From Planctomycetota bacterium (lineage in GTDB: Bacteria; Planctomycetota; UBA1135; GCA-002686595), in assembly GCA_036376275.1 (NCBI GenBank), contig DASVAP010000014.1, positions 23,839 through 87,838 of the forward strand: a DNA stretch of 64,000 nucleotides, in the 5' to 3' direction. Positions within the stretch are counted from its first letter, which is position 1, and the number at the start of each line of letters is the position of its first letter. Positions 1 through 8,196 of the stretch are shown piece by piece. The notes beneath the pieces are model-generated. The model saw only the letters and a list, made by a program, of their open reading frames with translations. It was not told the DNA's origin and ran no database searches. The translations under genes were made by a program, and so were the position numbers.

Positions 1-207
1 TCCCGATGTGAAGAAGATCTCCTCCTCGTGGACTCCCAGTGCTGCGGCGACGCGCGCCCGGGCGTCGTCCACGAGCGCGCGCGCACGGCGGCCCGGGGCG
101 TGCAGGCTGGAGGCGTTGCCGAGGCGCTCGCCGGAGACCGCGAGCCAGCGCTCGCGCACCTCGGGCCGCAGGGGCGAGGTCGAGTTGTGGTCGAGGTAGA
201 CGCGCAT
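1..207 (-). CDS. cysteine desulfurase / class V aminotransferase, N-terminal 69 codons only (gene runs off the left edge)
   Basis: Reverse translation from ATG (rc of 205-207) reads MRVYLDHNSTSPLRPEVRERWLAVSGERLGNASSLHAPGRRARALVDDARARVAAALGVHEEEIFFTSG. This is a typical NifS/IscS-family N-terminus (YLDxxxT.P, GN.SS.H, FTSG). The start overlaps the bshA stop by 1 nt (TGATG). Confidence 0.6.
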   Translation of the reverse strand, partial: MRVYLDHNSTSPLRPEVRERWLAVSGERLGNASSLHAPGRRARALVDDARARVAAALGVHEEEIFFTSG

Positions 208-1373
208 CACACGTCGCAGGCCGCGCCGCGCGAGCGTGCCAGCACGCGCCGGTAGAGGTCCTCGTAGCGCGCCACGATCGGGTCGCGCGCGAAGCGCGCC
301 AGCACGTCGGCCCGGGCCGCCGCCCCCATCGCCCGGGCCCGGGCCGGGTCCCGCAGCAGCTCGCGGATGCGCTCGGCGAAGCGCGCCTGGTCGTCGGGCG
401 GCGCCAGCAGGCCGGTCTCCCCGTCACGGATCACCTCGGGCACCCCACCGACGGCCGTCGCGACCACCGGGACCCCGCAGGCGAGCGCCTCCAGGGCCGA
501 GAGGCCGAAGGACTCCTCCGAGGACGACAGCAGGAACACGTCCGCCGGGCCCAGGAGCTCGGGCAGGGCGTCGCGCTCGCCCAGGAAGCGCACGCGCGCC
601 CCCAGCCCGAGCCGGCGCGCGACCTCGCAGGACTCCGAGCGCGTCGGCCCGTCCCCCACCAGGACGAGCTCGGCCTGGGTGCCGTCCGTGGCGCGCGCGA
701 AGGCCTCGACCAGCCAGGGCACGCGCTTGACCGGGCGGAAGTTCGAGACGTGCACCGCCAGCGGGTGCTTGCGACGCGCGCGTGCCCCTGCCGCTTGGGG
801 TGCGAAGCGCTCGGTGTCCACGAAGTTGGGGATCACCTCGATCGCGCAGGGATCCGGACCGGGGCAGAAGTGGCGCCGCGTGTCGCGCGCCAGCGACTCG
901 GACACGGCCGTCGCGGCGTCGCTGGCGGAGAGCAGGTACTGCGTCAGCGGAGCGTAGGAGGGGTCGCTGCCGACGATCGTGATGTCGGTGCCGTGCAGCG
1001 TCGTGACGACCCGCGGGGCCGGCCGGGCGCTGTCGCGCTGGGCCGCCGCGCGGGCCAGGATGGCCGACACGGCGTGCGGGAGGGCGTAGTGCGCGTGCAG
1101 GACGTCGAGGCCCTCGTCGCGGTGCACGCGCAGGACTGCCGAGGTCACCGCCAGGTCGTGCGGCGTGGAGGTGAAGAGCGGGTAGGGCAGCCCCTGCGAG
1201 ACGTGCATCTGCACCGGCCCGCCAGCGTGCGCCAGGCGCGGCGGCACCTGGTGGGAGAAGAGGTGCACGGCATGCCCGCGGTCGGCCAGCGACAGCGCGA
1301 GCTCGCTCGCCACGACCCCCGAGCCGCCATACGTCGGATGGCAGAGGATCCCGATCGACAGACGATCTTCCAT
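207..1373 (-). CDS. bshA: GT4 glycosyltransferase, N-acetyl-alpha-D-glucosaminyl L-malate synthase (BshA-like)
   Basis: 388-aa ORF. The N-terminus SIGILCHPTYGGSGVVASELALSLADRGHAVHLF resembles the BshA signature. The C-terminal GT4 region reads SEESFGLSALEALACGVPVVAT. bshB and bshC lie within 4 kb. Confidence 0.75.
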   Translation of the reverse strand: MEDRLSIGILCHPTYGGSGVVASELALSLADRGHAVHLFSHQVPPRLAHAGGPVQMHVSQGLPYPLFTSTPHDLAVTSAVLRVHRDEGLDVLHAHYALPHAVSAILARAAAQRDSARPAPRVVTTLHGTDITIVGSDPSYAPLTQYLLSASDAATAVSESLARDTRRHFCPGPDPCAIEVIPNFVDTERFAPQAAGARARRKHPLAVHVSNFRPVKRVPWLVEAFARATDGTQAELVLVGDGPTRSESCEVARRLGLGARVRFLGERDALPELLGPADVFLLSSSEESFGLSALEALACGVPVVATAVGGVPEVIRDGETGLLAPPDDQARFAERIRELLRDPARARAMGAAARADVLARFARDPIVARYEDLYRRVLARSRGAACDV

Positions 1374-1376
1374 CCT

Positions 1377-2438
1377 TCAGGAGCCGGCCGAGCGCGTGCG
1401 GCGGGCAGGAGCCAGGGCCGCCGGCAGCGAAGTCTCCGCCTGCGGCGAGGCGGGGACCCCGGGCGCGGGCGTCGCCGCCGGTGCGGCGGGCACCGGGGGA
1501 GCCGGGCGCCGCGGGCGTGCCGCCTTCGGTGCGGGCGGCGGACTCGCCGGAGCCGCCGGGGCGGCCGGCCGGCTGGCCACGGGCACCAGCGGGGCGCGGG
1601 CCTTCTTCTTGGGGGGATCTTCCGTGGTGGCGACGGCCGTGCGCACAAGGACCTCCTGCGACAGGACCTCGTGCGCCAGGGCCGCGAAGTCGCGCGCGCC
1701 GATCGAGTCGGGGGCGTACTGGAAGATCGTCTTCCCGAAGCTGGGCGACTCGGCCAGCTTCACGTTCGAGCTGATCGCGGTGCGGAAGACCTGGGCCGGG
1801 AAGTACTGGCGCAGCTCGGCCAGGACCTCGCGCGCGAGGCGCATGCGGCTGTCGTACAGGCACGGCACGATGCCGCCGAGCTTCAGGCCCGGGTGCAGCC
1901 GCTGCTTCACGAGCTCGATCACCTCGAGCAGCTTCGTCAGCCCCTGCAGCGCCAGGAACTGGGTCTGCACCACGAGGAAGACCTCGTCCGAGGCCGCCAG
2001 GGCGTTCAGCGAGAGCAGCCCGAGGCTCGGCGGGCAGTCGAAGAGCACGTAGTCGGCCGGCTCGGCCCCGCCGTTGCGCCGGCGGTGCTCCTCGCGCCAG
2101 GCGTTCAGCGCGCGGCGCAGGAGCAGCTCGCGCTCCGCCGCCGCGGAGAGCTCCGGCTCGGCGCCCGAGAGGTCCAGGTCGGTCGGCAGGCAGGCGAGGT
2201 TCGGCGTGCTCGTCGCGCTCAGCGCGGCGCCGAAGGCCACCTCGCCGGTGAGCACGCGGTAGCTCGACGGTCCGGACTGGCGCACCTCGAGCCCGAGGTA
2301 GAGCGTCAGGTTCGCCTGCGGGTCGAGATCGACCACGACCACGCGCTTGCCCGCCAGCGCCAGGGCGGCGCCCAGGTTGGCGGTCGTGGTCGTCTTGCCG
2401 ACGCCGCCCTTCTGGTTGATCAAGGCGATGCAGCGCAT
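1377..2438 (-). CDS. parA: ParA/Soj-family partitioning ATPase with about 90-aa Pro/Ala-rich basic C-terminal extension
   Basis: Starts MRCIALINQKGGVGKTTTTANLGAALALAGKRVVVVDLDPQANLT (deviant Walker A KGGVGKT, DLDPQ). I chose the ATG at rc 2436-2438 because the upstream 37 codons of the track ORF are Arg/Pro filler. The ATPase core ends near FAALAHEVL. It is followed by PPKKKARAPLVPVASRPAAPAAPASPPPAPKAARPRRPAPPVPAAPAATPAPG. Confidence 0.9.
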   Translation of the reverse strand: MRCIALINQKGGVGKTTTTANLGAALALAGKRVVVVDLDPQANLTLYLGLEVRQSGPSSYRVLTGEVAFGAALSATSTPNLACLPTDLDLSGAEPELSAAAERELLLRRALNAWREEHRRRNGGAEPADYVLFDCPPSLGLLSLNALAASDEVFLVVQTQFLALQGLTKLLEVIELVKQRLHPGLKLGGIVPCLYDSRMRLAREVLAELRQYFPAQVFRTAISSNVKLAESPSFGKTIFQYAPDSIGARDFAALAHEVLSQEVLVRTAVATTEDPPKKKARAPLVPVASRPAAPAAPASPPPAPKAARPRRPAPPVPAAPAATPAPGVPASPQAETSLPAALAPARRTRSAGS

Positions 2439-2466
2439 CGGGCGGGATTGTAGCCGAGGCCCGGCC

Positions 2467-2593
2467 TCCACACGTTCTCCACAGCGGGCGTGCAGCGCCG
2501 AGGGCGGCGGACGGCACCGCTCCTCGCCCCCACGCGGGGCAAAGTCCACAGCTCGTCCGGACGTTCTGCGCCGCTCTCCACAGTTCTTCCACA
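2467..2593. promoter_or_regulatory. cluster of five same-orientation TCCACA repeats (DnaA-box-like, best copy TTCTCCACA) in the parA-bshB intergenic region
   Basis: TCCACA occurs at 2467-2472, 2478-2483, 2545-2550, 2577-2582 and 2588-2593. Two copies share the longer form GTTCT(C/T)CCACAG. A hexamer with three A/T positions should be rare in this GC-rich DNA. Confidence 0.4.
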
Positions 2594-2670
2594 GGGCGAG
2601 CGGGAGAGTCCGGGCTCCCCGGGCCGGGGGTCCGGAGCCTCCCGCTCGCCTGGGGGCGGCGGTGGAGCGC

Positions 2671-3384
2671 CTACAGCAGGAGCGCCAGGTCGCGCAGGGG
2701 CAGCGGGCCGCGGTGCAGCAGCGGCTCGCCGTGCCGCGCGCCGATGCGCTCGCCGAAGTAGCGCGCGCGCGTCTCGGCCCGGGCCAGGATGTCGGCCCCG
2801 AACAGGAGGTGCTGGCCCGCGTCGTCCGCGTGGGCCGGGGCGAGCTGCGAGGCGTAGCAGCGGATCACCTCGACCTTGCGCGGCCACTCGGCGCTGACGT
2901 CGACCACCAGCGTCGGCTCGAAGGGCACGTGGCCCATGTAGTGGAGCAGGAGGCGCGCCCGCCGCGCCGGCGGCCCGCCGTCGCGCTCGGCCACGCGCGC
3001 GAGACCCGCGAGGTACCAGGCCTCGCGCGCGAGCTGGCCGCTGGCGGCGTGATCGGGATGCAGGTCCTCGACGTGCTGCGCGAGCACCAGCGCGGGCGCG
3101 AGCTCGCGCAGGAGTCGCGCCAGGTTCTCGCGCGCCGTCGGCGTCGCGGCCACGCGCGAGTCGGGTAGCTCGAGGTTGCCGCGCCAGGCGAGCCCGAGGC
3201 GCTCGCTGGCGGCGGCGGTCTCGGCGTCGCGCTCGGCGCGCGAGCCGCGCGTGCCCATCTCGCCGCGCGTGACGTCGAGGACGCCCACGCGCTTGCCGGC
3301 GTCGACCAGCTTCAGGATCGTCCCGCCGACGCAGATCTCGGCGTCGTCGGGGTGCGCGGCGATCACGAGCGCGTCGAGGGTCAT
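2671..3384 (-). CDS. bshB: PIG-L/LmbE-family deacetylase (BshB-like, N-acetylglucosaminyl-malate deacetylase)
   Basis: MTLDALVIAAHPDDAEICVGGTILKL carries the AHPDDxE motif, and HPDH follows later. The ATG at rc 3382-3384 lies 10 nt after the bshC stop. The track start (GTG at 3408) would overlap bshC. Confidence 0.75.
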   Translation of the reverse strand: MTLDALVIAAHPDDAEICVGGTILKLVDAGKRVGVLDVTRGEMGTRGSRAERDAETAAASERLGLAWRGNLELPDSRVAATPTARENLARLLRELAPALVLAQHVEDLHPDHAASGQLAREAWYLAGLARVAERDGGPPARRARLLLHYMGHVPFEPTLVVDVSAEWPRKVEVIRCYASQLAPAHADDAGQHLLFGADILARAETRARYFGERIGARHGEPLLHRGPLPLRDLALLL

Positions 3385-3394
3385 GGCTTGGCGG

Positions 3395-5056
3395 TCACGG
3401 CTGGGCACGGTCCGGAAGGTACACGACCAGATGCTCGGTCGGCAGCGGGTCGATGCCCGCGAGGAGCCCGTCGATCCAGTCCGTGCCGTGGCGCGCGACG
3501 AGCTCCAGGGCGCCGCGCACGCGCTCCTGCGGCGCGCCGTTCGGGAAGAGCCCGTTGGCCAGGCGCCGGTAGTGGCGCCGGCCCGTGCCGGCGCTGTTCT
3601 GCTGGACGCGCTCGAGCTTGGCCGCCAGGCGCTCGATCAGGTCGCCCACCTGGTCGGCGGTGCGCTTGAGCTGCTGCGCGAGGCCAGCGTCGAGCGCGGC
3701 CACGCCCTCGCGCGCCGCCAGCAGCTCGGCGGCGGTGCGCCGCGCCACGGCGCGCAGCGCGCGCGCGGCCGCGGGCTCCTCGGACTCCTCGGCGGGCGGC
3801 TCGATCGCTCCGCGGCGCACCAGCACGTCGCGCACCGCGAGGTCCAGGCGCGCGAGCGACTCGCGCGCGGCCGGATCGACGAGCGTGGCCGAGAGGCGCG
3901 GCACGAAAGGCGTGACCGGGGCGCCGGCCAGCGCGCGCAGGGGCGTCAGCTCGGCGTGATAGTCGAGCTCGCCCCAGCCGCCCACGTAGGCCACGACCGG
4001 CAGCACGAGGTCCTGCAGCACGGGACGCAGGAGCGCGCCGCTCGACCAGTCGAGCGGCGCCTGCACGATCTCGGCCGCCAGCTCGCTGGCGCTGCGTCCG
4101 CCGGCCTCGCCGTCGTAGCGGAACTCGCCGTCGCGCAGCCGCAGCGCGTGGCGCCTGTCGTCGACGTGATGGAAGACGAGCGCCGCCTCGGCCGGCTCGA
4201 TCGCCGGTGCGCGGCCCGTGGCGCGCACGGCCTCGGCCCCGGCCGCCAGCGCGGGGCCGACGCCCTGCGAGACCAGGCGCGCGAGAGCGCGCGAGAGCGC
4301 TGGGCGGATCCACTGCGGCTCGAGCACGACGAGCCCAAGGTGCCCGAGCAGCGCCAGCAGCGTGCGCGTGAAGGCACCCGAGAAGCTCTCGCCAGCGCGC
4401 GGCAGGAAGAGCTCGAGCGCGCGCGCCTGGGATTCGCCCTCCCACAGGTTCTGGCGCAGGACCTCGGCCAGGGCCCCGAGCTTGTGGCGCTCCGCGTCGA
4501 AGACCACGCGCGAGAGCAGCGTGCGCCCGGAGGAGGCCCCCGCCAGTCCGACCTTGCGCAGGTCGAGGTGCGGGTTCTGGATCCACAGGTGGTGGACCTC
4601 GGAGAGGTCGTGGTCGTCGGCGTGGTTCCAGAAGAGCGGCACGACCGGCGCCTCGAAGCGCGCGCTCAGGCTGCGCGCGAGACGCACGGCGTGCAGCGCC
4701 TTGTAGAGGTCGTAGAGCGGTCCGCCCAGGAAGCCGGGCTGCTGTCCGGCGACGACCGCGAAGGTCCCCGGCGCGGCCAGCGCGCGCGCGGACTCGAGCA
4801 CGGCCACCGGCGGCTGGAAGGGCGCGAGCGCGTGCTCGAGCGTGCGCGCCAGCTCGGCGCGCGCCTCCGCCTCGAGCAGCTCGGGCGGGCGCGGCAGGTC
4901 CTCGAGCGTGGCCGGGACGACGAGACCCGGCAGGTCCGGCGGGCGTGGGCGCGCGGCCAGCGCGCGCGCCGCCCAGGGTGCGAGGCCGAGCACGTCGGCC
5001 GGCAGGTACTGGAACTCGAGGGCCACGGGCGCGACGGGCTCCTTCGCGCCGCTCAT
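3395..5056 (-). CDS. bshC: bacillithiol biosynthesis cysteine-adding enzyme BshC
   Basis: 553 aa from the ATG at rc 5054-5056, which overlaps the pyrF stop (ATGA). Contains the BshC hallmark VVAGQQPGFLGGPLYDLYKALHAVRLA followed by PLFWNHADDHD. The upstream 172 codons of the track ORF overlap pyrF and look like filler. Confidence 0.8.
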   Translation of the reverse strand: MSGAKEPVAPVALEFQYLPADVLGLAPWAARALAARPRPPDLPGLVVPATLEDLPRPPELLEAEARAELARTLEHALAPFQPPVAVLESARALAAPGTFAVVAGQQPGFLGGPLYDLYKALHAVRLARSLSARFEAPVVPLFWNHADDHDLSEVHHLWIQNPHLDLRKVGLAGASSGRTLLSRVVFDAERHKLGALAEVLRQNLWEGESQARALELFLPRAGESFSGAFTRTLLALLGHLGLVVLEPQWIRPALSRALARLVSQGVGPALAAGAEAVRATGRAPAIEPAEAALVFHHVDDRRHALRLRDGEFRYDGEAGGRSASELAAEIVQAPLDWSSGALLRPVLQDLVLPVVAYVGGWGELDYHAELTPLRALAGAPVTPFVPRLSATLVDPAARESLARLDLAVRDVLVRRGAIEPPAEESEEPAAARALRAVARRTAAELLAAREGVAALDAGLAQQLKRTADQVGDLIERLAAKLERVQQNSAGTGRRHYRRLANGLFPNGAPQERVRGALELVARHGTDWIDGLLAGIDPLPTEHLVVYLPDRAQP

Positions 5057-5967
5057 TCCGGGGCCAGGGCGAGCGCGAGCTCGCCGACCATCGCCTCGAG
5101 GGCCGCGCGCGTCGCGTCCCGCCAGTCCCGTCCGGCGTGCGCACGCTCGCGCCAGGCGAAGGCCACGCCGCGCGAGGAGTTGACCAGCGCCCCGCGCCAG
5201 GGGCGCCGCGGGTCGGTGAAGGCCGCGCGCACGTCGCGCGCGGAGGCGCCCTGCGCGCCGTAGCCGGGCAAGAGGAGCACGGCCCGCGGCAGGGCCTGGC
5301 GCAGCCGCGCGAGCTCGGCGGGATGCGTCGCCCCCACCACCGCGCCGAGGCTGGAGTAGCCCGAGCGCCCCACCAGCCCGTCGCCCAGCGTCGTGACGGT
5401 CTCCGCGACGCGCGCCCACAGCGGCGGCTCGCCGTGCTGCTGGAGCTCGCCGCTCCCGGGATTCGAGGTGCGCACGAGCACGAACAGGCCCGCGTCCGCC
5501 CGCGCGCAGCACTCGACGAAGGGCGTGAGCGAGTCGGAGCCCAGGTACGGGTTGACCGTGATCGCGTCGCACAGGTGCTCGCGCGGCGTCCCCGGCAGGC
5601 CCTCCAGGAAGGCCGTGGCGTAGGCGGCGGCGGTCGAGGCGATGTCCGAGCGCTTCACGTCACCGATCACGAGCAGCCCGGCGGCGCGCGCGTGGGCCAC
5701 GACGTTCTCCCAGGCCCGCGCCCCGTCGGCCCCGAGCAGCTCGAAGAAGGCGGACTGCGGCTTCACCGCCGCGACGCGGCCGGCCACGAGGTCGATCAGG
5801 GTCCGGCAGAAGGCCTCGACGGCGGCGGCGCGCTCGGCACGCGGCGCGCGCGCGTCGCGCGCGACCGCGAAGGGCTCCGGCAGGAGGTCGAGGTGCGGAT
5901 CGATCCCGACCAGGGCCGGCGTGCGCACGCGCTCGAGCGCGGCGTCGAGTCGGTCGGCGAAGCTCAC
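5053..5967 (-). CDS. pyrF: orotidine 5'-phosphate decarboxylase, type 2
   Basis: 304 aa from GTG (rc 5965-5967). Motifs: VSFADRLDAALERVRTPALVGIDPH, AVKPQSAFFE, VIGDVKRSDIASTAAAY, LLLPGYGAQG. GTGA overlap with the upstream DUF502 gene. Confidence 0.85.
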   Translation of the reverse strand: MSFADRLDAALERVRTPALVGIDPHLDLLPEPFAVARDARAPRAERAAAVEAFCRTLIDLVAGRVAAVKPQSAFFELLGADGARAWENVVAHARAAGLLVIGDVKRSDIASTAAAYATAFLEGLPGTPREHLCDAITVNPYLGSDSLTPFVECCARADAGLFVLVRTSNPGSGELQQHGEPPLWARVAETVTTLGDGLVGRSGYSSLGAVVGATHPAELARLRQALPRAVLLLPGYGAQGASARDVRAAFTDPRRPWRGALVNSSRGVAFAWRERAHAGRDWRDATRAALEAMVGELALALAPE

Positions 5968-6911
5968 GCGCTCTCCTGGCGTGGCCCGGGCAGCGGCACG
6001 GCGGGCGGCGGCGGCTCGCTCGGAAGGACGCCGGGCACGGAACGCACGACGCGCTCCTGGGTCGGGATGAGCACGCCGCCCGTCATGACCAGGCGCACGG
6101 CCTCCTCGATCGGGATGGGGAGCGTGATCACGCGCTCCACGTCTACGAACAGGGTGTAGCCCGTCATCGGCATCGGGGAGGTGGGCAGGAACACGCACAC
6201 GAGCTCCTTGCCGCTGCGCTGGTCGAGCGTGCGCATCGAGCCGTTGGTGACGAAGGCCAGCGCCCACAGGCCGTCGCTCGGATAGGGGATGGCCACGACC
6301 GTGTCGAACTCGATCTTCTTCTTCTCGAAGAAGAACTCGACCAGCTGCTTCGAGTAGGGGTAGATCGACTTGACGACCGGGATCAGGGTCATCGTGCGGT
6401 CGAGGTGCTGCACGAAGCGCCGCCCGACGAAGCCGCCGACCAGCCAGCCGAGCCACAGCACGAGCAGCAGCGAGACCAGCACGCCGATCAGCGGGTGCAC
6501 GCGCTTCTTCACGTCGTCGCGCAGGCGCTCGGACCGGATCGCGAGGTCGTCGAGGTCGCGGAAGAAGCCCAGGTGATCGTGGCGGTGCACGACCAGGGCG
6601 TCGCGGAAGCGCGGATCGTCGAAGCCCTCCGGGCTGCGCGCCAGGGTCTGGATGTCGACCGGCAGGAGCTCCGGAGCGAGGTAGTCGCTGCCGAGCGGAT
6701 CGATCCCCAGGCCCTCGAGGGCGCCCCAGCCGACGGCGTTGCGCTCCAGCGACCAGTAGATGACCGCGTTGATCGGCCCGGTCACGTAGCGGTTCACCAT
6801 CTGGAACAGCAGCCCGAAGATGACCACCGTCAGGACGACGGGCAGCAGCGTCACCACGCCCCGGAAGAAGAAGGCGGCGAGCCCGTTGGGCTTCTTGGAG
6901 TCGGGCGGCAT
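5964..6911 (-). CDS. DUF502-family membrane protein
   Basis: 315 aa. N-terminal transmembrane segment GLAAFFFRGVVTLLPVVLTVVIFGLLF. The C-terminal VCVFLPTSPMPMTGYTLFV block is typical of DUF502. An extra soluble segment of about 100 aa sits between the hydrophobic regions. Confidence 0.7.
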   Translation of the reverse strand: MPPDSKKPNGLAAFFFRGVVTLLPVVLTVVIFGLLFQMVNRYVTGPINAVIYWSLERNAVGWGALEGLGIDPLGSDYLAPELLPVDIQTLARSPEGFDDPRFRDALVVHRHDHLGFFRDLDDLAIRSERLRDDVKKRVHPLIGVLVSLLLVLWLGWLVGGFVGRRFVQHLDRTMTLIPVVKSIYPYSKQLVEFFFEKKKIEFDTVVAIPYPSDGLWALAFVTNGSMRTLDQRSGKELVCVFLPTSPMPMTGYTLFVDVERVITLPIPIEEAVRLVMTGGVLIPTQERVVRSVPGVLPSEPPPPAVPLPGPRQESA

Positions 6912-6939
6912 TCGGCGCGCAGGGCGCGAACGGCGGATC

Positions 6940-8160
6940 TTACTCCCCGCCCGTGGTCGATCTCGCCGCCCGGCAGGCGCCCAGGAGGCGCCGCGCGACC
7001 GCGTCGGCCAGGGGCCAGCCCCGGGTGCTCAGGCGCGTCCTTCCGCCTTGCTCCTCGAGCAGCCCGACCGCCGCGAGCGCGTCGCGCTCGGCCGCAGTCG
7101 GATCCGCCCCTTCGAAGCCGGCCACCCGGCAGGCCTCGGCCGGTTCCACGCCGGCACGGGTGCGCAGGCCGAGCCACCAGGTCTCGCCGAGGCGCAGGGC
7201 CGGCGCGGGAGTCTCCTCCCAGGCGGCAGCCGGCCGTCCCGCGGCGACCGCCTGGCGCCAGGGAACCAGCGAGCGCGGGTTCCCCAGGCGCGTGTGCCCC
7301 ACCTTGCTGACCGCGGAGGGTCCCAGGCCGAGGTAGGGGCCGTTGCGCCAGTAGTTGACGTTATGGAGGCATTGCTGCCCAGTCAGGCAGAAGTTGGACA
7401 CCTCGTAGCCCTCGTAGCCCGCGTCCGCGAGCTGGGCGTGGGTGGCCTCGAAGAAGGCGAGCTCCTCGTCCTCCGAGAGGCGCGAGACGGTGCCCGCCTG
7501 GAGCTGCGCCCACAGGGGCGTGCCCTCCTCGAAGGTGAGCTGGTAGGCGCTGAGGTGATCCGGCCGGAGGGCGAGCACGCGCGCCAGATCGGCCTGCCAG
7601 CGCGCCAGGTCCTGTCCGGGCACGCCGTAGATCAGGTCGACGCTCACTCGCTCGAAGCCCGCCGCGCGGGCGGCCTCGACCGCCGCGAAGCCGGTCGCGA
7701 CGTCGTGGACGCGGCCGAAGAGCTCCAGGATGCGTGGCTCCAGGCTCTGCAACCCGATCGAGAGACGATCGACCCCGAGCTGGCGCAGGAGCCTGGCCTT
7801 GGCGACGTCGAGGCTCTCCGGGTTGCACTCGCAGGTCACCTCGACCGCCGAGGAGCGGAAGCGGGTGACACGCTCGAGCCCGTCGAGCAGACGCTCCAGG
7901 TCCTCGGGGGCGTAGTAGGAGGGGGTCCCACCCCCCAGGTAGACGGTGCGCGGGCGCTCCGGGGCGCGCGCCGCCGCCTCCGCCAGGAGCAGCTCCAGCG
8001 TCCCCGCCAGGTCCTGGCCCTCCCCCGCCAGGGAATAGAAGTCGCAATACGTGCACTTGGCCGCGCAAAAGGGCACGTGCACGTAGAGCGGGGTGCCCGG
8101 GGGCGGGCGCGCCGCGGCCGCGCGCGCGGGGGGCGGGGCGCGATCGCCGGAGCGCGTCAT
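6940..8160 (-). CDS. hemW: radical SAM heme chaperone HemW (HemN-like, oxygen-independent coproporphyrinogen oxidase family)
   Basis: 406 aa. The CxxxCxxC cluster motif appears as VPFCAAKCTYCDF. GGGTPS and LSIGLQS motifs follow, with a HemN-type C-terminal domain. Confidence 0.8.
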   Translation of the reverse strand: MTRSGDRAPPPARAAAARPPPGTPLYVHVPFCAAKCTYCDFYSLAGEGQDLAGTLELLLAEAAARAPERPRTVYLGGGTPSYYAPEDLERLLDGLERVTRFRSSAVEVTCECNPESLDVAKARLLRQLGVDRLSIGLQSLEPRILELFGRVHDVATGFAAVEAARAAGFERVSVDLIYGVPGQDLARWQADLARVLALRPDHLSAYQLTFEEGTPLWAQLQAGTVSRLSEDEELAFFEATHAQLADAGYEGYEVSNFCLTGQQCLHNVNYWRNGPYLGLGPSAVSKVGHTRLGNPRSLVPWRQAVAAGRPAAAWEETPAPALRLGETWWLGLRTRAGVEPAEACRVAGFEGADPTAAERDALAAVGLLEEQGGRTRLSTRGWPLADAVARRLLGACRAARSTTGGE

Positions 8161-8196
8161 GCGCCCGCGAGGGTAGCACCGCCGCTCGGCCGGCGC

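Noticed and set aside
39-2592. 804-aa (+) and 722-aa (-) ORFs covering the bshA/parA region
   Set aside because: Both are out of frame with or antisense to genes that carry clear BshA and ParA motifs. Their translations are low-complexity Arg/Pro/Gly/Ala.
2439-2670. Calling the parA-bshB spacer a complete oriC
   Set aside because: Only the TCCACA cluster is visible. There is no AT-rich unwinding element and no dnaA/dnaN in the window. It is reported only as a DnaA-box-like repeat cluster.
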